Shown here: piece by piece, positions 24,975 through 33,620 of the stretch | Numbering within the stretch: the stretch's first letter is position 1 | Layout of the letters: each line of letters opens with the position of its first letter | DNA from: an uncultured Magnetovibrio sp. | GTDB taxonomy: Bacteria; Pseudomonadota; Alphaproteobacteria; Rhodospirillales; Casp-alpha2 | Assembly (NCBI GenBank): GCA_964576415.1 | Contig: CAZNWX010000001.1 | Span: 1-48,090 of the forward strand | Direction of reading: 5' to 3' | DNA length: 48,090 bases | Made by a program: the position numbers and the translations under genes | Notes under the pieces: generated by a model | What the model was told of the DNA's origin: nothing | Database searches by the model: none | Seen by the model: the letters and a program-made list of their open reading frames with translations, nothing else

Positions 24975-26318
24975 ATGTCTAGAGAGCCTATAATAATGGA
25001 AATTATTCCCTATCCGTCAAAGATTGATTTCTCTCTCTATACTGAGGAGGCAAAGGACACCAAAACTTTCTACGGATTGCCCGAGGATGTGGCCTTCTGC
25101 AAGAACTGCGTGATTTCCAATCAGCGCCCTAACTCTACCGTGGAATATAAGCACGACAGTAGCTCCAGGAAGGAAACCATCCATTTCGATGAAAACGGTA
25201 TTTGCGATGCCTGTAATTTCACCCAAAAAAAGCACCACAGTATTGATTGGCAAGAGCGTGACCGGGAACTGCGTGACCTATGTGACCGGCATCGGCGTAC
25301 CGACGGTCGCTATGATTGCCTAGTTCCAGGATCAGGCGGCAAGGATAGTTTTTACACTTCACACATTCTTAAAACCGAATACGGCATGCACCCGCTGACG
25401 GTGACATGGGCGCCGCATATTTACACGGATTGGGGCTGGAAGAATTTCCAATCTTGGGTTCACGCTGGCCACGACAACATCCTGATGTCTCCGAACGGTC
25501 ACGTCCACAGGCTGCTAACCCGGCTGTCGACGGAAATATTATTCCATCCTTTCCAGCCGTTCTTTCTTGGCCAAAAATCCATCGCCCCTAAGATGGCTTT
25601 GCTCTATGAAATCCCGCTCGTTTTCTACGGTGAGAACGAAGCCGAATATGGCAACGCTATAAGTACTAATGAAACGCCACAGCAGGACCAAAAATATTTT
25701 TCCGGCGTCGATATCGATGAAATGAGGATTTCAGGCGTCAGCGTTGCCGATCTGGTTAATCAATTTGGCCTGGAACTCAACGAGCTTACACCCTATTTTC
25801 CGGCGGATCAGGTGCGGCTGGCAGAAAAGAAAGTCGAGTCTCACTATCTTGGATATTATTTGAAGTGGCATCCGCAAAGCTGCTTCTATTATGCAGTCAA
25901 ACACGGTGGCTTCGTTCCATCGCCGGAACGCACTCCGGGCACCTACAGTAAGTATAACAGTATCGACGACCGCATCGACGACTTCCATTTCTATACTACG
26001 GGCGTAAAGTTTGGCATTGGCCGGGCGACCTACGACGCCTCGCAAGAAATTCGCTCAGGCGACATCGAGCGCGATGAAGGAATTGCCCTGGTGCGTCGCT
26101 TCGACCACGAATTTCCGGAACGATTTGCTTCTGAAATTTTAGCCTACCTCAGCCTTCCGCCGCCGCAATTTCCGGTGGCCAGTCAAATGTTTGACCAGCC
26201 GATAATAGACCTTGAATACTTCTCCTTGCTTGCCGACCGACATCGCTCACCTCACCTCTGGAAATTTGTCAAAGGCGAATGGATGCTGCGTCACGCGGTC
26301 TGGCACGACAATCAATAG
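24975..26318 (+). CDS. N-acetyl sugar amidotransferase (WbuX/PseA-type PP-loop ATP pyrophosphatase)
   Basis: Zinc-ribbon-like 'CKNCVISNQRPNS....CDACNF', PP-loop 'CLVPGSGGKDS', then the 'APHIYTDWGWKNFQSW' region typical of this family. Confidence 0.85.
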   Translation: MSREPIIMEIIPYPSKIDFSLYTEEAKDTKTFYGLPEDVAFCKNCVISNQRPNSTVEYKHDSSSRKETIHFDENGICDACNFTQKKHHSIDWQERDRELRDLCDRHRRTDGRYDCLVPGSGGKDSFYTSHILKTEYGMHPLTVTWAPHIYTDWGWKNFQSWVHAGHDNILMSPNGHVHRLLTRLSTEILFHPFQPFFLGQKSIAPKMALLYEIPLVFYGENEAEYGNAISTNETPQQDQKYFSGVDIDEMRISGVSVADLVNQFGLELNELTPYFPADQVRLAEKKVESHYLGYYLKWHPQSCFYYAVKHGGFVPSPERTPGTYSKYNSIDDRIDDFHFYTTGVKFGIGRATYDASQEIRSGDIERDEGIALVRRFDHEFPERFASEILAYLSLPPPQFPVASQMFDQPIIDLEYFSLLADRHRSPHLWKFVKGEWMLRHAVWHDNQ

Positions 26319-26349
26319 CCCTGAACCGGGGCTCCTGGGCATACTAACA

Positions 26350-27054
26350 ATGAGTCATGAAATTATCGAAAACCGCATCGCCGACGCCGAAATATATGAC
26401 AACCTGGATTTTTTCGAGACGCCGAAGGATTACTTCCGCATGGTTCTCGACGAGATCAAGAATCGCCAGGGTGATCCGACCTCGCTTTTGGATGTGGGTT
26501 GCGCAAACGGCGCCTTCTTACATCATGCCCGCGCGTGTTTTTCAGAATGCCAACTTTCCGGTCTGGAGCCAATTGAAAATCTGGCGGCAAATGCGGCGCA
26601 CAACGTCAGGGACTCGCAGATCCACTGCGGCGCCCTAACGGATCTGCCGGAAATTCAGCCGGCCGCCGCTGTTACCATGCTGGGCGTGATGGGGATCTTC
26701 TCCGAACCCGCCATCGCAATGCGGCACTTGTTGGCGAAAACCATGGAAGGCGGCGTGGCGTATATATTTAGCCCTTTCAATGAAGAGCCCGTCGACGTGA
26801 TTTTAAATTATCGGCGCGCACCCGTCGGAAAATGGGAGTCGGGGCACAACCTGTTTAGTATGACGACCATGGAAGCCGTAGCCAACGAGGCCGGGGCACA
26901 CGCATCGTGGAGAGATTTCGCCATGCCGCAACAGATTTCCAAGTCAGACGACCCAATGCGGTCATGGACTGAGCCTTTTCGGGGGAATCCACACCATCTG
27001 TTCTACGGCACTAATATGTTCTCTACTATGAAGCTGCTGGTCCTCGAGAAGTGA
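26350..27054 (+). CDS. Class I SAM-dependent methyltransferase
   Basis: 'LLDVGCANGAFL' motif I and 'AAVTMLGVMGIFSEP'. ATG 26350 is chosen over the longer track ORF, which overlaps the upstream gene. Confidence 0.8.
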   Translation: MSHEIIENRIADAEIYDNLDFFETPKDYFRMVLDEIKNRQGDPTSLLDVGCANGAFLHHARACFSECQLSGLEPIENLAANAAHNVRDSQIHCGALTDLPEIQPAAAVTMLGVMGIFSEPAIAMRHLLAKTMEGGVAYIFSPFNEEPVDVILNYRRAPVGKWESGHNLFSMTTMEAVANEAGAHASWRDFAMPQQISKSDDPMRSWTEPFRGNPHHLFYGTNMFSTMKLLVLEK

Positions 27055-27746
27055 AGGTCTTTGCCCTAATTCCTGCACGTGGCGGTTCCAAGCGAGTTCC
27101 GGGCAAGAATATTAGGCCACTCGGACGCAAGCCACTAATCGCCTGGACGATAGAAGTAGCGGGCGGTGTGCTGGGGATCGCCGATATTCTGGTTTCCACT
27201 GATGACGCAGCTATCCGCGATGCGGCTGTTGCGGCTGGCGCCTGGGCGCCATGGCTTCGCCCGACAGCACTCTCCACCGATACGACAATGGCCATTGACG
27301 TCTGTCTGCACTCGCTCGATTGGTATGAAGCCGAAAAAGGTTCGGTTGATGGTCTTATGTTGCTCCAGCCGACCTCGCCGTTTCGCACTAGCGAAACCAT
27401 CACGCGCGGGCTTTCTCTTTTCAAGGAGCATGGATTTCGTCCCGTAATCGGCGTATCGCCTGCGCGGTCGCACCCGTATTGGTGTTACAAAGATGTTTCT
27501 AATACAATAATCCCTTTTATGGAGCGACCAGATGGAGCGCAACGTTCCCAAGATCTTCCGCCTGCTTTTGAGCTTAACGGAGCATTTTATTTGGTTTCAC
27601 CGTCGGATTTGCGCAGGAACCGCGCTTTGATCAGTGCGGATGCGGTACCGCTCATGGTCAATGATCCTCATGAAGCACTTGATATTGACACCGAGTGGGA
27701 TTGGATGATCGCCGAGGCCATTGTAAAGAATGGCATTAATGATTAA
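27051..27746 (+). CDS. neuA: CMP-nonulosonic acid synthetase (acylneuraminate cytidylyltransferase family, NeuA/LegF/PseF)
   Basis: 'VFALIPARGGSKRVPGKNIRPLGRKPLIAWTI', 'LLQPTSPFR' and 'NGAFY'. GTG start overlaps the upstream stop (GTGA). Confidence 0.9.
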   Translation: MKVFALIPARGGSKRVPGKNIRPLGRKPLIAWTIEVAGGVLGIADILVSTDDAAIRDAAVAAGAWAPWLRPTALSTDTTMAIDVCLHSLDWYEAEKGSVDGLMLLQPTSPFRTSETITRGLSLFKEHGFRPVIGVSPARSHPYWCYKDVSNTIIPFMERPDGAQRSQDLPPAFELNGAFYLVSPSDLRRNRALISADAVPLMVNDPHEALDIDTEWDWMIAEAIVKNGIND

Positions 27747-27846
27747 ATGATAAAATTCTCCGCTGAGTTTGTTGCGGTTGGCATGTTAATCTAGTCGGTA
27801 GGGATAAATACACTGGTGTTTAGCCCCAAAAATTTTGGAGAGATTT

Positions 27847-29868
27847 ATGTCTAGGTTAAGAATAGTTCTGGGAGATCTGAATTACTTCAATAAGTACTCC
27901 GAGTACATAAACACAGTACCGCTGAATATTGGATATCTTGCGTCTTACGCGAAGAATCGGTTTGAGAATGATATCGATATTTCCTTGCACAAGGACCCGG
28001 ATGCTTTTTTTCAAGACGTTTCGGATTCTCGTCCAGATATTGTTGGCTTGTCGTTCTATTATTGGAACACCGATCTTGACACAGCGATGATTTCGCAGCT
28101 CCGACAGATGTATGGCGAAGACTTAACCATCGTAATGGGAGGTCCGTCGGTAGATTCAGATTGGGGAGAGCAAGAGACGCTATTTAAGCGCCTACCAGAG
28201 GTTGATGCTTTTACTGTCAATGAAGGCGAAAATGGATTTGGCGAAGTCATCGAGCGGCGACTGTCAGGTTTGAGTTCGATGTGGGACTCGCCCATTGATG
28301 CCGCAATCTTCCATGACGGTGAACAAATAGTGCGGGGCGCGCCAACGGGGCTTTCTACCGATCTGGAGCAAATACCGTCCCCCTACCTTTCGGGTATTCT
28401 CGACCCTATGCTCAATGGTAACCTACTTCCTCTGATTCAAACCTCACGAGTATGCCCTTACAGCTGCTCTTTTTGCGCTCAAGGTCGTGATCGGGGTAAA
28501 TTGCGCGTCTTTCCAATGGCGCAAGTTCAAGATGAGATACTGTACATCGCCAAAAAGTATCGTGATAGGCCTCATTTGATGATGGATATTGTCGATGACA
28601 ATTTTGGCGTCAACAAGCGTGATCCAGAAATTGCTGAATTCGTGCGGAAATGCTCGGACGAACACAGTTACCCAGTCTCAGTCTACTATTTTAATGATAA
28701 AAAATTTAACGAGCAGACAAAAAAGATTGTAGGCAGCTTGGGCCATATGAGCAGTATGGGGCTCGCCTTCTCATTGCAGACGGAGGTTCCAGAAACGCTT
28801 GAGGCTATTCGGAGAAAAAATCTAAGTGACGAGACGCTACGAAGCGGCGTTATGTGGGCTGCAGAGCGCAATATTCCTACAACCACCGAGCTAATTTTTG
28901 GCCTGCCGCATGAAACAAAAGCCAGTTTCACCGCGGCTTTATCTGCGGCTGTTGATCGCGGCTTTGACAATATCCAATGCCATAATCTCTTCATTTTGGA
29001 TGGCACAGAGCTTAACCGTAAACGGGCTCGCGACGAGTTCTCTATCACAACCAAATATCGGCTGGTAGGCCCCAGCTATAGAAATATTTTTGACCGGTTT
29101 ATTGTGGAATCGGAAGAGGTCGTCACGAGTACTCGGGACTTCGATTATAGCGATTTCGTTGACATTCGAAAAATGAGCTTCCTTTTCTACGCCGTCTTTT
29201 CTATGAGCTTCTATAAGTGGTTCTTCCAGTACATCCGACATCTTGGGGTGCCGGTTGCCGAATTCTTTATGCATTTCATGTCTCCAGACCGCTCGAAAAT
29301 CTGGCCAGATGGTTATCTTAAATTTGTTGATGATTTTAATGCTGCTGTAGATGCGGAACTATTCGACACGCGGGAAGAATTGGTGCGGACATATGAGAAA
29401 CTCTATCGCGAACACAACCACGAGGTGCTTGAGCCCTCTCGCCTGAACATTGTTTTTGCCACCCGACTGATTTATCTCGAAAACGAATGGTTGGGTGAGG
29501 TTTTAGCCTCTCATTTAAAGACTGTACTTCCAGCCAATTGTGGCGTGAAAGAGTTGTCGCTGGCACAATTTGTTTTGCGCATTTGTGATGCTGAGCGCGT
29601 TGATCTGAAAGATCCTCATCGACGGCTTGAGGTCCAATCTGAGGTTGATCTGATCAGCTGGAGAAATGAAAAGTATCAAGTTCCTTTGCAAGAAAAATAT
29701 CAATTAGAGAAAAATATTGAGCTCTATGTGGACGACAAGATTGCTGATCAGATGGACCGCTTCGCGGACAGCCACAAGGATATGGAAAGTTTTGACTTCT
29801 ACTACTCGGCTTTAGAAATAATATACCCACGCTCCAATCTCCTTTATAGCATGAGATCTGTATCTTGA
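27847..29868 (+). CDS. B12-binding-domain (class B) radical SAM enzyme with a large C-terminal extension
   Basis: 'RIVLGDLNYF....NIGYLASYA....PDIVGLSFYYWN....TIVMGGPSV' is the cobalamin-binding-like domain. 'SRVCPYSCSFCAQG' is the CxxxCxxC motif. ATG 27847 follows GGAG (27837..27840). Confidence 0.85.
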   Translation: MSRLRIVLGDLNYFNKYSEYINTVPLNIGYLASYAKNRFENDIDISLHKDPDAFFQDVSDSRPDIVGLSFYYWNTDLDTAMISQLRQMYGEDLTIVMGGPSVDSDWGEQETLFKRLPEVDAFTVNEGENGFGEVIERRLSGLSSMWDSPIDAAIFHDGEQIVRGAPTGLSTDLEQIPSPYLSGILDPMLNGNLLPLIQTSRVCPYSCSFCAQGRDRGKLRVFPMAQVQDEILYIAKKYRDRPHLMMDIVDDNFGVNKRDPEIAEFVRKCSDEHSYPVSVYYFNDKKFNEQTKKIVGSLGHMSSMGLAFSLQTEVPETLEAIRRKNLSDETLRSGVMWAAERNIPTTTELIFGLPHETKASFTAALSAAVDRGFDNIQCHNLFILDGTELNRKRARDEFSITTKYRLVGPSYRNIFDRFIVESEEVVTSTRDFDYSDFVDIRKMSFLFYAVFSMSFYKWFFQYIRHLGVPVAEFFMHFMSPDRSKIWPDGYLKFVDDFNAAVDAELFDTREELVRTYEKLYREHNHEVLEPSRLNIVFATRLIYLENEWLGEVLASHLKTVLPANCGVKELSLAQFVLRICDAERVDLKDPHRRLEVQSEVDLISWRNEKYQVPLQEKYQLEKNIELYVDDKIADQMDRFADSHKDMESFDFYYSALEIIYPRSNLLYSMRSVS

Positions 29869-30221
29869 TAATCTATTAAGATAAGCTTCTTTCTTAAAAC
29901 TCCTTAAAGTTGGTGTTTTCTTCAGGGCTCTTGATTTTTAGCACAGGTTTCAAACATCGAGAACCCACCTCTGGGTAATAAAAAAATCAACTTGCTTAAC
30001 GCTCCATATAAGAGACTAAATGCTAAATTAAGATGTGTTATTTTAATCCCGTCTAAATGAATTTCTTGACGGTGAGCTATGAAGACACAGGCGATTTCAA
30101 CCTCTATTGCCCATCAGATAAAATGGCACCTCTATGCTTTGATATTCGAAACTAGTTCGAGCATATGTGTGCCAGATTCACCTTGGTCGCGGTTGATACG
30201 GTTTCCCGCGCTTAAAACTAA

Positions 30222-31436
30222 ATGAGAATGTCGTTGTCCATTGGCTGGCTGAGGAAAAGCATCCGTGATATTTCCTTTATTTGGAAATGTAAGAAATGTT
30301 GGATGCTACCTAAACAGGCTGAAATTCTTATATATGATGCAAATGGTCGCGAGTTCTTACTTAAATATTTATCAGCGTGGTCTGTTGAAACCCTTCATGT
30401 GCGTGGCGAATATATAAATATTCCAGTGCTTTTAGATAGCCTGCTGCGTGGGGGTAGGAGTCGAGCTGATAGTTATATTAATGCATACATAGCGCGAGTT
30501 AATCCAAAACTTATCATAACATTTGTCGACAACAACTCGCGCTTTTACCGCCTGAGCCGAGAGTTCCCTGAATCAAAAACAATTTTTCTTCAGAACGGCG
30601 GACGCGGTTACTATGCGGATATCTTTGAATGGCTCGAAAATTACTCGTCCACCGATGGCGAGCTACACGTTGATGTTATGGGGACTTTTGGCTCAGCCGT
30701 TGCCGCCAAATATTCAAGATCCATTGGCGGCCTCAGCGCGCCATTGGGGAGCCTGAAAAGTAATCAGATACAAAAATGGCCGAAAATAGAAAAAGAGGTA
30801 ATCGCTTTTATATCCCAGTACCGAACTAACAATGGGTTTACCATGGGCGGTAGATTTTTCTCGTTTAAAGAACATTTCGAGCCCGTGGACAGAATGGTGC
30901 TGGGATTTCTCGTTCAATATGCAAAAAAACGATCAAAAAAATTAAAGATTGTTCAACGTTTTTCCAATAACAGTGCCAATATGAAGTCTGAACAAGTATA
31001 TTTTTCCCGCCTTACCAACGGATTTTGCGAGTTTTATGAATCTTGCGACAACACAAGCAGTTACCACGCAATTGATAAATCCGAAGTGACAGTAGGTATA
31101 GATAGCACACTTGCTTATGAGTCGGCGGCGCGCGGAAATAAAACGGCCTTATTTCCTATTCGGACGCATTGGTTTCAACTGAAATCATGGACTTTTGGTT
31201 GGCCAGGTAATTTCCCACCAGAAGGTCCATTTTGGACTAATAACCCTGATTTGAAAAAGTTCGAGCAGATACTCGATACTTTGTTTTCTATCGACGAGTC
31301 ACAGTGGTGGAAGATGTTGGGAACAGTTGGCTATGATAAAATAATGAAATATGATCCCGGAAATTCAATCTTACAATCTCTAATAAAAGAAACGCTCAGT
31401 CCAAGGGGAAAGGGCCAAAAACAAAAACCAATCTGA
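30222..31436 (+). CDS. Hypothetical protein; possible GT-B-like surface carbohydrate transferase (AT-rich, probably foreign)
   Basis: 404-aa ORF. 'VGIDSTLAYESAARGNKTALF' resembles the C-terminal sugar-donor-binding helix region of GT-B/capsule-type transferases. G+C is far below that of neighbouring genes. Confidence 0.55.
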   Translation: MRMSLSIGWLRKSIRDISFIWKCKKCWMLPKQAEILIYDANGREFLLKYLSAWSVETLHVRGEYINIPVLLDSLLRGGRSRADSYINAYIARVNPKLIITFVDNNSRFYRLSREFPESKTIFLQNGGRGYYADIFEWLENYSSTDGELHVDVMGTFGSAVAAKYSRSIGGLSAPLGSLKSNQIQKWPKIEKEVIAFISQYRTNNGFTMGGRFFSFKEHFEPVDRMVLGFLVQYAKKRSKKLKIVQRFSNNSANMKSEQVYFSRLTNGFCEFYESCDNTSSYHAIDKSEVTVGIDSTLAYESAARGNKTALFPIRTHWFQLKSWTFGWPGNFPPEGPFWTNNPDLKKFEQILDTLFSIDESQWWKMLGTVGYDKIMKYDPGNSILQSLIKETLSPRGKGQKQKPI

Positions 31437-32187
31437 AAATGTTTATTTAGCAGATACTAATAGTATGGATCCTCAGTATGATTTCTAATACTGAATGGGA
31501 TTTCACAAATATAACGCCTATATGCAGTATGGTAATGTAAAGCCGTTATGTTGAGATAAATAAAAAAGGCTTTTTAAGGCCTCATTTTGCTGATTACGAA
31601 CTAGAAAACTAATTAGCGTATTCGTCCTCTTTTTTCAAAAAGCGTGCAAGAATCCCCCATCATGAAGCTGGTGCTGGGACGTGGGCACCCTGAGTCGTGT
31701 CTTACGCGGAGGTTTAACACATGGTTCACGTCGACAATCGGCAGACAGGTTATTTCGAAGATGGCATAAGATCGGGTCAAACTTGTGAAAGGGCTTTTCC
31801 TGCCTCAAATTGTAGACTTAAAAGTGTTGCAAGAATTGCCACTAAAAGAATTAGTTTATTTGACGAGAATGATAGAAGACTCAATCTCGGCTATCACTTC
31901 TTTTTATATCGCGAGTTGGACGCGGATCAGATGCTGGGGCCGAACACATCCGAAACAGCTTCATTTTATGTAGTTCGCCAACCTCAGGATGGTCAGAAAA
32001 TTTCATGAGTCGCTTAAGCACTATGATAGAGAAGCGTGGCCGATATTGGATATTACCAAACATTCACTAAGCGGCGCTTTGAGAGAAGGCTATTTAAAAA
32101 GAGCAAACATCACTCGTATAGCACGCATGCGCCAATTGGTGAACCCAGGTCTTTGCGACATCGGCCGCAACTAAAGGACGTTCCGAA

Positions 32188-32949
32188 GTGAAATATCCCG
32201 CACGCATTATCGCACGCCTCGAGGTCAAGGGATCGAATGTGGTTAAGGGAGTGCAGATGGAAGGGCTGCGCGTCGTCGGTGAACCCAACGCGCTTGCGCA
32301 AAATTATTACAAGCAGGGCGTCGATGAGCTGATCTTCATGGACATTGTTGCCTCACTATATGGCCGCAACCAGATTGTGCCCGTGATCGAGAGCGCCGCC
32401 AGAGACATTTTTGTCCCTATCACTGTTGGGGGCGGTATTCGTTCGATCGACGATATTACTACTGTGCTGCGAAGCGGTGCCGATAAGGTTGCCATCAACA
32501 CTGCCGCCATCGCAAACCCGGAAATTCTGTGCCGGGCGTCTGAGGCCTTCGGCAGCGAATGCATCGTGCTGTCTGTAGAAGCTAAGTTACAGGCCGACGG
32601 AAGTTGGGAGTGTTACACCGACAACGGCCGTGAGCGAACTGGCCGAAATGCCTTGGATTGGGCGGAAGAGGCGGAAGCACTTGGTGTTGGAGAAATTCTG
32701 GTGACTTCGGTTGACCGCGACGGCACGCTATCGGGATTCGACATACCACTTTGCTGTGCCATGCGTGAGCGCGTTCACGTCCCGGTTATCGCTGCGGGAG
32801 GCGCCGGCGAAAGTAGCCACGTTTCTAACCTCTTTTCTAAGACCGGAATCGACGCTGGCTGCTGCGGCGCCATTTTTCATGCTGAGGCTTGTTCCATACA
32901 GGTTTTGAAAAAAGCTTTGCATAAAGACGGTCACGTGGTGAGGCTATGA
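32188..32949 (+). CDS. Imidazole glycerol phosphate synthase cyclase-subunit paralog (HisF-like, WbuZ type)
   Basis: 'RIIARLEVKGSNVVKGVQMEGLRVVGEP', 'ELIFMDI', 'ITVGGGIRS', 'ADKVAINTAAI' and 'EILVTSVDRDGT'. GTG start preceded by AAGGA. Confidence 0.9.
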   Translation: MKYPARIIARLEVKGSNVVKGVQMEGLRVVGEPNALAQNYYKQGVDELIFMDIVASLYGRNQIVPVIESAARDIFVPITVGGGIRSIDDITTVLRSGADKVAINTAAIANPEILCRASEAFGSECIVLSVEAKLQADGSWECYTDNGRERTGRNALDWAEEAEALGVGEILVTSVDRDGTLSGFDIPLCCAMRERVHVPVIAAGGAGESSHVSNLFSKTGIDAGCCGAIFHAEACSIQVLKKALHKDGHVVRL

Positions 32950-33590
32950 TTACTATTGTTGATTATGGGCACGGTAATCTCTACAGCATAGCCCAGGCGT
33001 TGAAACATGTTGGTGCATCTGTCAAAATCAGTAGTGACCCTGTAGATTTGTCATCGGCGGAAAGCATCATCTTACCGGGAGTTGGCGCATTCGGCGCGGC
33101 AATGCGCGAATTGCGTGCCCGCGACCTGGTGAAACCTTTGCGTGATTCCGCGGCGGCCGGAAAGCCAATGCTGGGTATCTGTCTCGGCATGCAGTTGTTG
33201 GCTGATTCCAGCGAGGAATTTGGCGATCATAATGGTCTTGGCCTCATTCCGGGCAATATCATGCGACTGCCAGAAGCCGCATCTACAAACGGAGTTGGAT
33301 ACGATGGTGAGCGCATTCCCAACGTGGGGTGGCGGCCACTCAAATTTAAGGGCCCCGATGTATCTTATGAAGGTGTTGCTGATGGATCGATAGTCTATTT
33401 TGTCCATTCGTTCCGGTTTGTCGCTAGGGAAGCTACCGACGTCACGGCTACAATTTCCTTCAACGGTGACGCCATCGCTGCCTCCGTTCGGAGCGGTAAT
33501 ATCCTCGGCTTCCAGTTCCACCCGGAAAATAGCGGGTCGGTGGGGCTTAACTTGTTGCGCCGCTTCGTTAGTTTTCAGCCCGCCGTATGA
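32946..33590 (+). CDS. Glutamine amidotransferase subunit paralog (HisH-like, WbuY type)
   Basis: 'ITIVDYGHGNLYSIAQAL', 'IILPGVGAFG', 'GICLGMQLL' (catalytic Cys), 'FVHSF' and 'GFQFHPE'. ATGA overlap with the hisF-like gene. Confidence 0.9.
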   Translation: MITIVDYGHGNLYSIAQALKHVGASVKISSDPVDLSSAESIILPGVGAFGAAMRELRARDLVKPLRDSAAAGKPMLGICLGMQLLADSSEEFGDHNGLGLIPGNIMRLPEAASTNGVGYDGERIPNVGWRPLKFKGPDVSYEGVADGSIVYFVHSFRFVAREATDVTATISFNGDAIAASVRSGNILGFQFHPENSGSVGLNLLRRFVSFQPAV

Positions 33591-33620
33591 TACGACTTCA
33601 ATGAAGACTGGGAGAAATTA

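Larger units (their letters stand above)
27747..32187. other. Low-GC segment (compositional island) inside the otherwise GC-richer operon
   Basis: Hand counts of 60-nt lines give 28561..28620 = 26/60 G+C and 30241..30300 = 22/60. This compares with 41/60 at 22501..22560 and 30/60 at both flanks (27661..27720, 32281..32340). The segment contains two ORFs plus 353-bp and 751-bp non-coding gaps. Confidence 0.6.

Noticed and set aside
31567-31590. Terminator-like hairpin AGGC-N8-GCCT followed by CATTTTG after the AT-rich ORF
   Set aside because: The stem is only 4 bp and the U-tract is interrupted, which is too weak to call an intrinsic terminator.
27747-32187. Calling the low-GC segment a mobile element or genomic islet with defined ends
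   Set aside because: I found no integrase, transposase, tRNA target or flanking direct or inverted repeats. Only compositional evidence supports foreign origin, so it is reported as a compositional island.
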